From Spirochaetota bacterium (GTDB taxonomy: Bacteria; Spirochaetota; Spirochaetia; JABEVK01), in the NCBI GenBank assembly GCA_020049045.1, contig JAIFLN010000055.1, positions 25,941-89,940 on the forward strand: DNA of 64,000 nt. The letters are read 5' to 3'. Of the stretch, positions 28,607 to 39,100 are shown one piece after another. The translations under genes were made by a program, and so were the position numbers. The notes under the pieces are model-generated. The model did no database searches and was not told where the DNA came from. It was given only the letters and a program-made list of their open reading frames with translations. Numbering within the stretch: position 1 is the first letter of the stretch; the number at the start of each line of letters is the position of its first letter.

Positions 28607-29053
28607 TCATAAGTCATGCAATTTTGCTTTGTGGATCTGGTCCACGGGTATGGGCCGGGACCCCGTCTTTGTTTCGAAGGTGACAACTTCACCCTCGAAG
28701 GCAGTCAGTAAGCCCTCTTCCCAATCCGAGGCACCTACCAGGTACAGTCGCGTTTTTTTCCCAATATAGAATCCCAATTCCCGTTTATATTTCAGAGCTC
28801 GCTCCAAACCGGGAGAACCTGCTTCTACCGAAAGATCCTCGGTTTTCAACAAGGTCTCAAGCTTCGGTAGCAAAAGACGATGGGTCTTCGTCAAAACATC
28901 GATTCCCAATCCCTCAGAGCTATGAAGAACCAAATGAACTGAGGTTGTCCCGTTCTTTGTCCTCATACCGAGATCAACAAGGTTGAGACTGAGGCCTTTG
29001 AGAAATTGATCAAGGTTTTGGAAGACGGGGTCTTCAGGATCATTCAACAACAT
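28607..29053 (-). CDS. rimP: ribosome maturation factor RimP
   Basis: It has the conserved position upstream of nusA and a size of about 149 aa from MLLNDPEDPVF. The start is uncertain because I see no clear RBS. Confidence 0.75.
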   Translation of the reverse strand: MLLNDPEDPVFQNLDQFLKGLSLNLVDLGMRTKNGTTSVHLVLHSSEGLGIDVLTKTHRLLLPKLETLLKTEDLSVEAGSPGLERALKYKRELGFYIGKKTRLYLVGASDWEEGLLTAFEGEVVTFETKTGSRPIPVDQIHKAKLHDL

Positions 29054-29063
29054 AGGACACCAT

Positions 29064-29092
29064 AAAAAAAAAGAGCCGTTTCCGACTCTTTT
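29064..29092 (-). terminator. weak hairpin plus T-run downstream of comF
   Basis: The minus strand reads AAAAGAGTCGGAAACGGCTCTTTTTTTTT. This gives a 7-bp stem with one mismatch followed by nine T. It lies only about 10 nt before the proposed rimP ATG. Confidence 0.3.
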
Positions 29093-29158
29093 ACGATTAG
29101 AGAGCTTAACTGTATGAAAGACAATACCCATCAAGAGTCTGCCTGTCAACCGGGCTGA

Positions 29159-29842
29159 TTAATGGAGGCCTAAACAGAACACCCGTACTTCGTGTGCGCC
29201 TGCTTGCTTGAGAAGTCGGGAACAAGCTTCAACGGTGGCACCGGTGGTGACAACATCGTCGATCAGCCAGACTACGGGTTCCTCCTGAAATCGCTGGAGA
29301 TTGCGGTCCTTCAGAAGAAAGGCTTTTTGTGCGTTCTCGAGACGATGCGAACGGTCGAGAGTTTTTTGCTGCGCTGACGGTAACCGCTTCAGCACCCTCC
29401 AGACAGGCAGATGAGCTTCTTTGCCTAAGGCAAGTGTCAAGGTCTCAACGGGATCCCAACCACGGCGCCAAAGGCTTCTTCGATGAGATGGGACGGGAAC
29501 CAATGGGCCGCGGGGCTCCAAGCGTGAAGCCGCAGAACGGGCCCAGAAAGACGCCAGACTGGGATGACCTCCGAATTTGTAAAGTCGGAGAAGTTCTCCA
29601 CCGGGATCATGGTAGCCAAAAAGACCATCAAGGGAGGGAAAGGTCCAGGTCTGTACAGAACAGTCAATGCACATGCCAGCTTCGGCAAGGCGGACTTGGC
29701 CACAGGTAGGACATCGGCCGATGCCTGACTCAGGGGTCTGAGAGGGCTGATAACGGGCCTGGCAGACCCGACAGAGTATGCCAAGAGGAATGGGAATGCC
29801 GCAACAAAGACAACGCTGGGGAAGAAACGAAAAGGAATCCAT
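29159..29842 (-). CDS. ComF-family phosphoribosyltransferase-domain protein
   Basis: N-terminal Cys pairs (CLCCG, CRVC, CPTCG, CIDC) are followed by the PRTase motif WLIDDVVTTGATV. Confidence 0.8.
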   Translation of the reverse strand: MDSFSFLPQRCLCCGIPIPLGILCRVCQARYQPSQTPESGIGRCPTCGQVRLAEAGMCIDCSVQTWTFPSLDGLFGYHDPGGELLRLYKFGGHPSLASFWARSAASRLEPRGPLVPVPSHRRSLWRRGWDPVETLTLALGKEAHLPVWRVLKRLPSAQQKTLDRSHRLENAQKAFLLKDRNLQRFQEEPVVWLIDDVVTTGATVEACSRLLKQAGAHEVRVFCLGLH

Positions 29843-29858
29843 AGAACCCCTGACAGGC

Positions 29859-32447
29859 CTAGAGTGCCTCCTGCTTGAGCCGACTCAGCAAATTTAATGC
29901 TTCCAGTGGTGTCAAGCGGTCAAGATCGAGTGATTTCAGCTCGTTTCGAATGCTGTCTTCAGGGATAAACAGATCCAACTGCTGTTCAACTTCAATCATA
30001 CGCTTGCCCCGTTTGGGGACAGCCGCACCTTCTTCAGGCGGAAGATTCTCGAGGATTTGTGAAGCCCTCAACAATACTGGTTCTGGAACCCCGGCCAACT
30101 GCGCTACGTGAAGGCCGTAACTATGGTCGGCGGCTCCTGGAACCACCCGGCGAAGAAAGACGACCTCCTCGCCATCCTCAAGCACAGCCATGGAAAAATT
30201 CTTGAGAGCTGTGTGTTTGAGGGCTGTCAGTTCGTGAAAGTGGGTGGCAAAAAGTGTTTTGGCTGCCACCACATCCAGTAAGTATTCACAGATGGCCCAG
30301 GCCAGACTGAAACCATCACGGGTTCCCGTGCCCCGCCCCACTTCGTCCATAATGACAAGGCTAGCGGGAGTAGCATTCCTAAGGATATAGGCAGTCTCAT
30401 TCATTTCAACCAAAAACGTCGACTCTCCTCGGGCAAGGTGATCGCTTGCCCCGACCCGGCAGAAAATCCTGTCCACCGGAGCCCACCGTGCTGCTGAAGC
30501 TGGAACGAAGGAGCCTATTTGACCCATAAGAACGATCAGAGCTGTCTGTCGCAGATAGGTGGATTTTCCGGCCATATTAGGGCCGGTGATCAGAAAAAGG
30601 GTCTCTTGTGGAGAAAAAGCGATGGAATTGGGAACAAAGGGGGCGTCGTTCAGAACTGATTCGACAACAGGGTGCCGGGCGTCCTCAAGAATAAGCTCGG
30701 AAACTTTTGAAAACGTTGGGCGGATATACCGATGAAGCACGGCTGTCTTTGCATGGGATGCCGAGACATCAAGGGCCGAAGTGAAACTCGCCATTGCCTG
30801 GAAATCAGGAATCAGAAGCTTTGTTTCCTCACGAAGAGCTAAAAACAGAACCCGCTCAAGCTCAAAAATTCGATCCTGTGCATGGAGAAGGGTCTCTTCA
30901 ATCTCTCCCAGTCGAGGAGTTGTAAAACGTTCAGAACCAACCAGACTCTGTTTCCGCCGGAAATGAGATGGAAGCTGATCGAGCTTGGACTTCGTCACTT
31001 CAAAGAAGTACCCGATGATCTTGTTGTAGCGGATACGTAGCTGGGGAAGCCCCGTTGCCTGCTGTTCTTCGAGAAGGTACGCATCGAGGACCTCCTGACT
31101 GTGGTCCCTTAAGTGCCGAAGCTGGTCAAGATCTTGATGGAACCCCGTTTGTATCAGACTCCCCTCAAAAAGTGTGGGAGATGGATCCCGAAGCAGGGCT
31201 TTCTCAAGATGCCTGACCCAAGAACTCAGACGGTCCCTGGAATCGACAGGCCAGATTTCACCGGGCGAAAGGGAGGGTGCCGAAAGGTCTAGCAGACCCA
31301 CCAAGCCATTGGCAAGACCGGCGGAGGCTTCGAGACCTAATAGATCGCGGGGGGAAGCTTTGTCGAGCGCCAACCTGGCCGTCAGTCTTTCCACATCCAG
31401 CAGTCCAGAAAGCAACTCGCGAACATCTCCAAGCAATTCCGGTAAAGCGACAAGAAGGGCCACCCCATCAAGGCGGGACTCGATGGAAGAACAATCCACA
31501 AGTGGAAACAACAGGTGAGAGCGGAGCAAGCGGGCTCCGGGAGCCGTCAGTGTGTGGTTCAGTACTGAATACAGAGTATTGTTGAGGCCACCGTCCCGGG
31601 TATTCGCGGTCAGTTCAAGACTCCTCGCCGACTGTGGATCGATCTGCAGAAATTCACTGGCCCGGTAGGATACCAAGGAGCGAAGGTGGGCCAGAGAACG
31701 CCCGGGTGAATTCAATTGCCAATACTCGAGCAAGGCCCCAGAAGAGGCTGTTTCGAGTGATTTTTCCTCGAGACCGAAGGCTTGAAGACTCAAGACACCA
31801 AAATGGCCCAAGAGGCGGCGGTAACCGGTCTTTTTGTCAAACCGCCAGCCAGGAAGTTTCGTGATCGTTGTTCTGTCCAATCCAGAGAGCAAAGTTTCCA
31901 GGAAGGGATAGGCTTCGAGTGCAGAATCCGAGACCAGAAGCTCGCGAGGTTGGAACCGGGAGAGCTCACGCTCCAGGGGTTCTGCCCGGCCTTGCAGGCG
32001 AAACACGGTGCAGCGGAGGTCACCGGTTGAAAGATCGGCAGCAGCCAAGGAACAGTGATCCGTTTCAAATGCCAATGCCACGGTATAATTAGAAGCAGAA
32101 CTGGCGAGGTACCCGTCTTCCACCAGGGTACCAGGTGTCAGAATATCCACCACTTCCCTTCGAACAATCCCCTTATCGGCCCCAGGTACCGAAGTCTGCT
32201 CGCAGACGGCAATACTCCTCCCCGCCTCCAGTAGTTTTTTGATGTACGGTTGTGCGGAATGGTAAGGTATTCCGCACATGGGTTCACCTTGACGGTGAGT
32301 CAGCGTCAAACCTAGCAGCCGGCTGGCTTCCCGTGCGTCTGACTGAAACATTTCGTAAAAATCACCAAGCCGGAAGAACAGAATTTTATCGAGGTGGCGC
32401 GCTTTGATTTCCTGGTATTGACGCATCATAGGAGTAGGCTCGGTCAT
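29859..32447 (-). CDS. mutS: DNA mismatch repair protein MutS
   Basis: Supporting motifs are PMMRQYQEIKARH, FFRLGDFYEMF, GPNMAGKSTYLRQ and DEVGRGTGTRDG. Confidence 0.97.
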   Translation of the reverse strand: MTEPTPMMRQYQEIKARHLDKILFFRLGDFYEMFQSDAREASRLLGLTLTHRQGEPMCGIPYHSAQPYIKKLLEAGRSIAVCEQTSVPGADKGIVRREVVDILTPGTLVEDGYLASSASNYTVALAFETDHCSLAAADLSTGDLRCTVFRLQGRAEPLERELSRFQPRELLVSDSALEAYPFLETLLSGLDRTTITKLPGWRFDKKTGYRRLLGHFGVLSLQAFGLEEKSLETASSGALLEYWQLNSPGRSLAHLRSLVSYRASEFLQIDPQSARSLELTANTRDGGLNNTLYSVLNHTLTAPGARLLRSHLLFPLVDCSSIESRLDGVALLVALPELLGDVRELLSGLLDVERLTARLALDKASPRDLLGLEASAGLANGLVGLLDLSAPSLSPGEIWPVDSRDRLSSWVRHLEKALLRDPSPTLFEGSLIQTGFHQDLDQLRHLRDHSQEVLDAYLLEEQQATGLPQLRIRYNKIIGYFFEVTKSKLDQLPSHFRRKQSLVGSERFTTPRLGEIEETLLHAQDRIFELERVLFLALREETKLLIPDFQAMASFTSALDVSASHAKTAVLHRYIRPTFSKVSELILEDARHPVVESVLNDAPFVPNSIAFSPQETLFLITGPNMAGKSTYLRQTALIVLMGQIGSFVPASAARWAPVDRIFCRVGASDHLARGESTFLVEMNETAYILRNATPASLVIMDEVGRGTGTRDGFSLAWAICEYLLDVVAAKTLFATHFHELTALKHTALKNFSMAVLEDGEEVVFLRRVVPGAADHSYGLHVAQLAGVPEPVLLRASQILENLPPEEGAAVPKRGKRMIEVEQQLDLFIPEDSIRNELKSLDLDRLTPLEALNLLSRLKQEAL

Positions 32448-32529
32448 GGTCCCATCTTAGGGAAAATGCCTGCAGTCCTCAAGGACAAAAAACCGCTTGG
32501 GCGTTGTGTTTCCCTGGAAATTTCATATA

Positions 32530-33036
32530 ATGACCATTGTGGCTGAGGCATTATACCACCAGGAAAACGTTTCGGGGCTTTTCATACGTGCCCAAGGACA
32601 TATCACCGCATCTGTCTCAACGGACATGCGCGAAATGATCCTCAAGCGTTTGACCCAGGCACCGGTACCTTCGATGCTTGCGGTTGACCTCTCCGCCTGT
32701 GACTACATGGATTCGACATTCATGGGGTTGCTTGTTGGCTTCCATAAACGGTATAAAGTCCTGACTGGCAGAGCTTTAACGATTCTCCGACCAAGTCCCG
32801 AATGTGAGAAGTTGCTAAAGGGTTTAGGTATCCTAAAACTGATGACGTTGGTCACCGGGCCGGAGCCACGAAGTCCAGAGCAATGGATCAGCTTGAAGGC
32901 CGATCGGTCTCCCACCACGGAAGTCGTTCTCAACGCGCATAAAAACCTGAGTGAGATTTCTCCGGAAAACGAAAAACGTTTTTCCCTGCTCCAGAGTGTG
33001 CTGGAGCAACAGCTGGAAAAAAAAGATTCCTTATAA
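32530..33036 (+). CDS. STAS-domain protein (anti-sigma-factor-antagonist-like)
   Basis: The pattern LAVDLSACDYMDSTFMGLLVGFHK...LTILRPSPECEKLLKGLGI is STAS-like. There is no partner kinase or phosphatase nearby. Confidence 0.6.
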   Translation: MTIVAEALYHQENVSGLFIRAQGHITASVSTDMREMILKRLTQAPVPSMLAVDLSACDYMDSTFMGLLVGFHKRYKVLTGRALTILRPSPECEKLLKGLGILKLMTLVTGPEPRSPEQWISLKADRSPTTEVVLNAHKNLSEISPENEKRFSLLQSVLEQQLEKKDSL

Positions 33037-33040
33037 GTTC

Positions 33041-33559
33041 TTAACGGCTTAGATCAGCCTGCAGACGTTGAATGACGTCATCTGTAATGTCGGCATCTGG
33101 TCCGTACCAGATCACGGCGGGATTAGAAGAATTCAAGATTAAAGCAAAGCCTTTTGAGATCGCGGCTTGTTCAATCTCGGTCGGGAGGAGTTTCTGAAGA
33201 GTTGTGTCGTTCTTGACGGCTTCTCCCGCTGCCGCCAGTTCTTCCATCTTCCGTTTCCCGAATTCAGAATAGCCGTCTTTTTTCAAACTGATGGTGTCGT
33301 CCAAGGATTGGACCTTGGCAGCGTCCCCTTTTTTTGACGCCTCGTTGCGTTGGTCAGTCAAAGCACGGATCTCGTCTCTGAGTATGTCAATCTCTTTTTG
33401 TATTGCTATCCGCAAGTCTTCAACCTGCTTGGTTTTGGCATCTTTGTAGAATTGGGAGACCCTGGTCAAGTTGACCACTCCGGTCTTCGCAAATTGCTGA
33501 GCATAAAGCCCGCTCATAGCGATCAGACTCATCAGGGTCAGAATCAGAAATCGATTCAT
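33041..33559 (-). CDS. OmpH/Skp-family periplasmic chaperone
   Basis: The signal peptide is MNRFLILTLMSLIAMSGLYAQQ, followed by a coiled region. GGAGG lies 6 nt upstream of the ATG at 33559, and the gene is directly downstream of bamA. Confidence 0.8.
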   Translation of the reverse strand: MNRFLILTLMSLIAMSGLYAQQFAKTGVVNLTRVSQFYKDAKTKQVEDLRIAIQKEIDILRDEIRALTDQRNEASKKGDAAKVQSLDDTISLKKDGYSEFGKRKMEELAAAGEAVKNDTTLQKLLPTEIEQAAISKGFALILNSSNPAVIWYGPDADITDDVIQRLQADLSR

Positions 33560-33569
33560 ACCGGACCTC

Positions 33570-36173
33570 CTAGTATTCCATACCAAATGCAACGACGAGT
33601 TTCATATCAATGTCTTCCCCGAAGAGTCCATCACCCGGCGTCCAAATGAGTTTCCCAGTCTGGTCAAGCACAAATGGTTTGGCAAAGTACAAGGCCAAGG
33701 GAAACTGGGGACTGACAATGCGGATTCCTGTACCCCAGGAAAAGCGGTGTTCGATGATTGGACGTGTAAACAAGTCCGATTTCGATGAAGTGGCATCGAC
33801 AAGAAGTGCTTGGTCGATAAAGGTGTCCCACCAGAGCAACTGGCCAACAAAAGGAACGGGCGTCCGGATTTCTGCTCCAGAAGTCCAAGTAGCCTTTCCT
33901 CCAGTCTGATAACCCCAACCCCGACCTGAGAGCATGCCATCGATATACAATTCATCTGTTGGTTGAGTTACCGTTGTACCCCAACCAGCATTGGAGGAGG
34001 TTAAGAAACTGAATCCAGATCGGAGCCTGAGAACAAGGTCGAAGTTGTAGTTGTCAGCGACAGGCAAGCTGAAGAACTTCCAATAATTCTCAGCCTTGGT
34101 GTCGAAGCGGGTGAAATGTGTCTCACCCCCTAAAAAACCACCGGCAAAGGTGACCGTTTGCGAAAGGAGAAAACCGTTGTTCGGGTTGTAAACGAGATCT
34201 CTTGTGTCCCAGGTTCCCTTGGTCCACCACTGATTGCCCAAACGCCAGCGGTCAAGGTTGTCCCGCAATGCCTGGTTGGAGGGGCGATAGATGGTCGGGT
34301 CGTAGGTGATCATCTGAAGGGTGGATTTTTCTCCTGTTCCCAGGCCAAACCGTCCCAAAGCAGTGTACCAGGAGTATCCCGTATTGACTCCCAGGGTAAA
34401 TTGCCAGCTGTCGTATTTCATCTGCGAGTTCTTTTTGACGCTGCCGTTGTTCAAATCGAACTGGTATCGGGAAATCAGACCGTTTTCAGAAACCTGAGCG
34501 CTCGTGGCGATTCCCGGAAAGAGGTCGCCGGCTTTATAGGAAATTCCATTGTAAGTTCTGTCTGCACTGAACACATACTCACCGTCTCGATACGGGTCAG
34601 GAATTTCGTCGTTGGCGTAGGTCGGCCCCAGAATGTCCTGATCGATCTTCGTATTGACTGCATGAGTGAACCCAAGTTGCCCCCCGAGGGTCAGCCGCTG
34701 GTCGAGAAACCAGTTCTCAGTGAAAGAAAGATTGAGCGTCTGATTGACGGGAGAAAGGGTTGATTCAACACCGAGAGTCTGGCCGTTGCCCAGGAAGTTT
34801 CGGTCAGACCATTTGATTTGCGCCGATATGGGAAAATCAGAGGTACCCGAAAACGCCAGACCAAAGGAAATGTCGGCGGTCTTGCCTTCTTCGACATTGA
34901 GCACCAGGTCCATCAACCCGTCGGCAGAGCCTTGAGGGGTCTCAGGCGTGACGGATCCAAAATACTGCAGGTTGTAGAGGTTTCGGATTCCTGAGACAAT
35001 TTTAGCCTTGCTGAAAACATCGCCAACTTCAATCGGCAACTCGCGGAGAATGACTTTATCCTTGGTCTTTGTATTGCCCTTGACGAGTAGGTTTTCAATA
35101 TGGGCACGCGGCCGCTCCACAATATTGACCGTGTAGCGGACGGTACGTCCGTCGCGGACTTCCTGCCGGCTGATGTTATTGAAGATGTAACCGTTTTCCA
35201 GATAAAGATCGACAACCCGCTGGTAATCTGACTCAAGTCGTTCCTTGCTGAGAGTTTTCCCGACGGGCTGCCTTACCAGTGCCTGAAGCTCCGTTACGGA
35301 AAAAATCCTGTTTCCCTGGAAGGAAAAGCCGCCGAAAATGAGGGCTTCACCTTCTTTAACGGTCAGAATCAGGTTGAGAACATTTCGGTCGGCAGCCGTG
35401 TCAAAGGTGACATTCCGTTGGACATCGACAATCCTCGCATCCAGATACCCCTTGTTCCAATAGTAAGATTCCATGGTTCGTACGTCTTGGGTAAAGGCGG
35501 CTTCTTTGAAGAGCCCGCTGTCAAAAAAGCCTTGAGCTTTGGTGTTCATGAGCCCTTTCAGGGTCGACTCAGAAGCAAATGAGTTTCCTTGAAAAGTAAT
35601 GGATTTAACAGCTGTCTGGAGTCCCTCATCAATTTTGAAAAGAACTTTTGTCCTGCGACTGTCAATTTCCTGGACGGTGGTTGTGACGGCAACGTCCAAG
35701 AATCCACGCTCCCGGTAGTAAGTCTCGAGAGCTTGAACATCGTTGCTGGCTTTTGCCTGGTTGATCAGGTCGCCTTTTTTTACCGTCAGCACCCCTTGGA
35801 GCTCACCGGAACGCAGTTTGGTATTGCCGGAAAAATCGATGGCATCCACAATGGGTTTCTCAGTGACTTTGAACAGCAGGATGACTTCAGAGCCCAAATC
35901 ATTGGCTTTGATCGCTGTCGGGACAATCAACCCTTCAAAGAAATCCAGATTATAAAGGGCGCTTTGAAGATCCTGGAACAAGGCTTCGGTGAATTTCTTT
36001 CCGAGATAAGGCCGGGTCACTCCGTCAATATCGGACCGCTGAACAGTCGCCAAGCCGTCGAAGCGGATATCGGCGATGGGCTTGTCCAAATACCAGTCAG
36101 TTGAGGACTGGGCGGCCACAGGCCAGCTTAGGACCAAGAGTCCCAAAACGAGTATCCACAGGGATGGCTTCAT
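33570..36173 (-). CDS. bamA: outer membrane protein assembly factor BamA
   Basis: A signal peptide is followed by repeated POTRA-like units (I..I.F.GN). A C-terminal beta-barrel ends in an aromatic residue (FGMEY). Confidence 0.93.
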   Translation of the reverse strand: MKPSLWILVLGLLVLSWPVAAQSSTDWYLDKPIADIRFDGLATVQRSDIDGVTRPYLGKKFTEALFQDLQSALYNLDFFEGLIVPTAIKANDLGSEVILLFKVTEKPIVDAIDFSGNTKLRSGELQGVLTVKKGDLINQAKASNDVQALETYYRERGFLDVAVTTTVQEIDSRRTKVLFKIDEGLQTAVKSITFQGNSFASESTLKGLMNTKAQGFFDSGLFKEAAFTQDVRTMESYYWNKGYLDARIVDVQRNVTFDTAADRNVLNLILTVKEGEALIFGGFSFQGNRIFSVTELQALVRQPVGKTLSKERLESDYQRVVDLYLENGYIFNNISRQEVRDGRTVRYTVNIVERPRAHIENLLVKGNTKTKDKVILRELPIEVGDVFSKAKIVSGIRNLYNLQYFGSVTPETPQGSADGLMDLVLNVEEGKTADISFGLAFSGTSDFPISAQIKWSDRNFLGNGQTLGVESTLSPVNQTLNLSFTENWFLDQRLTLGGQLGFTHAVNTKIDQDILGPTYANDEIPDPYRDGEYVFSADRTYNGISYKAGDLFPGIATSAQVSENGLISRYQFDLNNGSVKKNSQMKYDSWQFTLGVNTGYSWYTALGRFGLGTGEKSTLQMITYDPTIYRPSNQALRDNLDRWRLGNQWWTKGTWDTRDLVYNPNNGFLLSQTVTFAGGFLGGETHFTRFDTKAENYWKFFSLPVADNYNFDLVLRLRSGFSFLTSSNAGWGTTVTQPTDELYIDGMLSGRGWGYQTGGKATWTSGAEIRTPVPFVGQLLWWDTFIDQALLVDATSSKSDLFTRPIIEHRFSWGTGIRIVSPQFPLALYFAKPFVLDQTGKLIWTPGDGLFGEDIDMKLVVAFGMEY

Positions 36174-36189
36174 GCGTTCTCCTTGACCA

Positions 36190-39100
36190 TCAATAACTCC
36201 AATTCCACCGGAACGTTACCGTATTGTCGGTGACAAACAGGGTTTCGGGGTGTTGGGGAAGCAGGGTCCAGTTCAATAGGAAAAACGGTGTTTGGAATTC
36301 CATCTGGAACTCCGGTTTAACCACCATTTCCGGGGAAACCTGCGTTACAATGCTCCCGTCTCGTCGGAACGCAAGGGTTCCCTGCAAGAATAGGTCATCG
36401 CCGATATACTTTCCGAAAAACAGGCGTGTGTTGTCAAGATAATCCGAAGCTTCCATGGGGCCATTTCGGCTCAAAAGGCTTTTTTTCAGGATCTCCGTCT
36501 TAACGGTGAACAAATCAAGATTGAAATTCTTCTTCACAGTCTCTTCAAACGGAGTGAGCAGGAAGCTGGTACCGACATCTGATGCTACAGAAAGGGCTGT
36601 ATCCAAGTTGGTGGTCTTTGTGTAGTCCGTAGGGAGTGCCAAGGTTGTCCCGACCAACTGCTGCAGTTCATCAGCACTTTTATAAGGGACGGCATCGAAG
36701 CGCGGTGAGAATTTCGCCAGGGTTCCGTCTGCGTTCAGATTGACGGTGGTGGTGCCATCGGTTTCTCTGTATTTCCACTCAGCACGGACCTGAAGATGCG
36801 GATCAAAACCATTCTGATTTTCTTGAAAACCCAACAGCCCCTCCTTGATGAGAAAGGTCCGATTCAGGTAATTGATCTCGCCAGTCCTGAGACCCACCTT
36901 GCCGACCAGTGACCAGGAATTGGCAATATCACTGCTTTTGAATTGCAGAGTCTGATTTCCGGCAGTCACGGCTCGAAGGAGAGGCAAGGTCGCATTGGGC
37001 CAGAGAAATTCCACTTTGCGGCCTGTTACCAGAGTGAGATCGGCATTAAAACCAAGACTACCATCGGAGTCCCAGATGGGTTCAGAATCCTTCAAGGTCA
37101 CCAAAGTGTCTTGAATAACGAGGCGCCCTCCAAGAGTGACAGCAAGGGGCGTGCCTTTGATCACGATAAGACCCGTCACGTCTCCTATGGCTGACAGTCC
37201 CTTGTAAAGATACGAACCGGGTATGGGTGAGAGCGAATCAGTCTGAATGGTGATCTGATATTCCTCGGGGAGCAGATGGTCGAGTCGCGAGGTTCCTGAA
37301 ACCATCCAGGTCGAACCCTTGGGGGCCACATTGACCGGATCAAACCAAACCCGATGCCCCTCGGCCACAAGGGGGATGTCGACCGGTCCAAGGGGACGCC
37401 GGACAAAAACACTTTCAGCTGTGACATTTTTGAGGAGGAGATTTCCGTTGACCTCGGGATCTGAGGGTGAACCGCTGAGGGTGAAACCACCGATGGCTGT
37501 ACCCGAAGTCAAGGCAAACGATTTCGAGTTGATAAATTCTTTGATCATGGAAAGATCGGCCTGGAAATCGCGGACAGCGACCGTAAAGGTGTTGTTCTTC
37601 CAGACACCATCCGCTTCTGCCCTGATAGGAAAAGGATCTTTGGCCCGCAGCTTAAAGGATCCATCTGACAGGCCTTGAGCCGTCAATCCCCCGTCCCCCC
37701 AAACCGCCTGCCAGCTGGTTTTATCCCAGGTTCCCTTGAGACTTCCATCGGGAAAAGACCTTCTCAACCAGGTATTGTCCTTGGTGTTCAGGTTGAACTC
37801 GACTTGGAGTGAAGTCGGATCACCGGTCCAGGAACCTTGGGTGGTCCAGCGGGACTGCCAATCTCCGGTGCCCAGTCGAAGGCCCATTCCCAACGTCGCA
37901 TTCCAAGTCTGCAAGTCAGCGTCCCAGTCCAAGGAGCCATTTGTGATGAAGACGGGGTTCATAGAGAGATTCCAACTACGGACTGCCAGCCGCCGGGTTG
38001 TACCGGAGAGGTTGGCACGAAAACCCAGCGGTGTTTCGCCGATACGCGACTCACTCAACGCCGTTTGAGCTGACCAGTTCACCTCTTTCCCAGCCCAGTC
38101 AGCGGTTCCTGATAAAGCGAGTTTGCCCTGGATTCCTTGTATCCCTTGCAAAGGGAGTCTGGTGATATCGATTCCCGATGCCTTGAGGTTGAAATGCCAG
38201 AGGTCCAGTGCTTCTCCCACCCAGTCAAGGGTCAGTGATTCTGTTTCCGTGGAAGCCGTCGCCAGCGAAAGCCTGCCGGCCCAAGGTTCAGAGAAATCCA
38301 CCGACCAGGAACTGGAGACAGCGCCCGACAGCCTTCCGCGGGAATCTTCCAGGGTCATTTCATCGAGGCGGAAATGGCGGGAATTGGCTGTCAGCTGGGT
38401 TCGAATTCGAAAATCCTCTTGATTCCAGGGGTACTTGCCCGAGAAGTCCACTTGGTCAGCGTCGATAGCCCAGTTCTCACCATCCCATGTCCCGCGACTG
38501 GAAAAAGCAAGGATCCATCCGGGCCAAGCTTCGTAGGGGTCCAGGGAAAGCTCGGCAGACCATAGTCCTGCTGGATTCTGGTGAAGAGATCCCCGAAGCC
38601 CCGGACTACCGGAAAAGACCACGGTTCTGTCCGAGGGCACCCAACGGCCGGAGAGGGAGATTGCACGGTCCCAAAGGTTTCCCGCCAGGGACCAGTCGAT
38701 AGGGCCGTCTTCGAGAAACCAGGCAGAGAGGTTCCCTTTGGCTTTTACTTGATCCCATTGAACTTCCAGGTTGGAGAGTTCAAGCTGTCGGTCCTTCCAG
38801 CGGGCCATTCCAAAACCATTACGCTCAGGCTTTTCAGGATCCTGAAACTGGAAAGAAGAATTCAACACAACGAAGTCCTGAGGTGATAGAACAATTTGGG
38901 CCTTGGTACCAACTTCCAGGGCCCAAAGTTCAGGCGGCAGTTCAAAATCGGGAGCATAACGCTGAATTTCGGAAGCAGTATGTGCTAGAGGGATACTTTG
39001 GAACTCTATCCCTGCGCTGACCTGCCATAACGCCGGATCGAACGTTCCTGAAGTGGAAAACTGCCCATCGGTATTCTTCAGAACCCCGCTGCCTTCAAAG

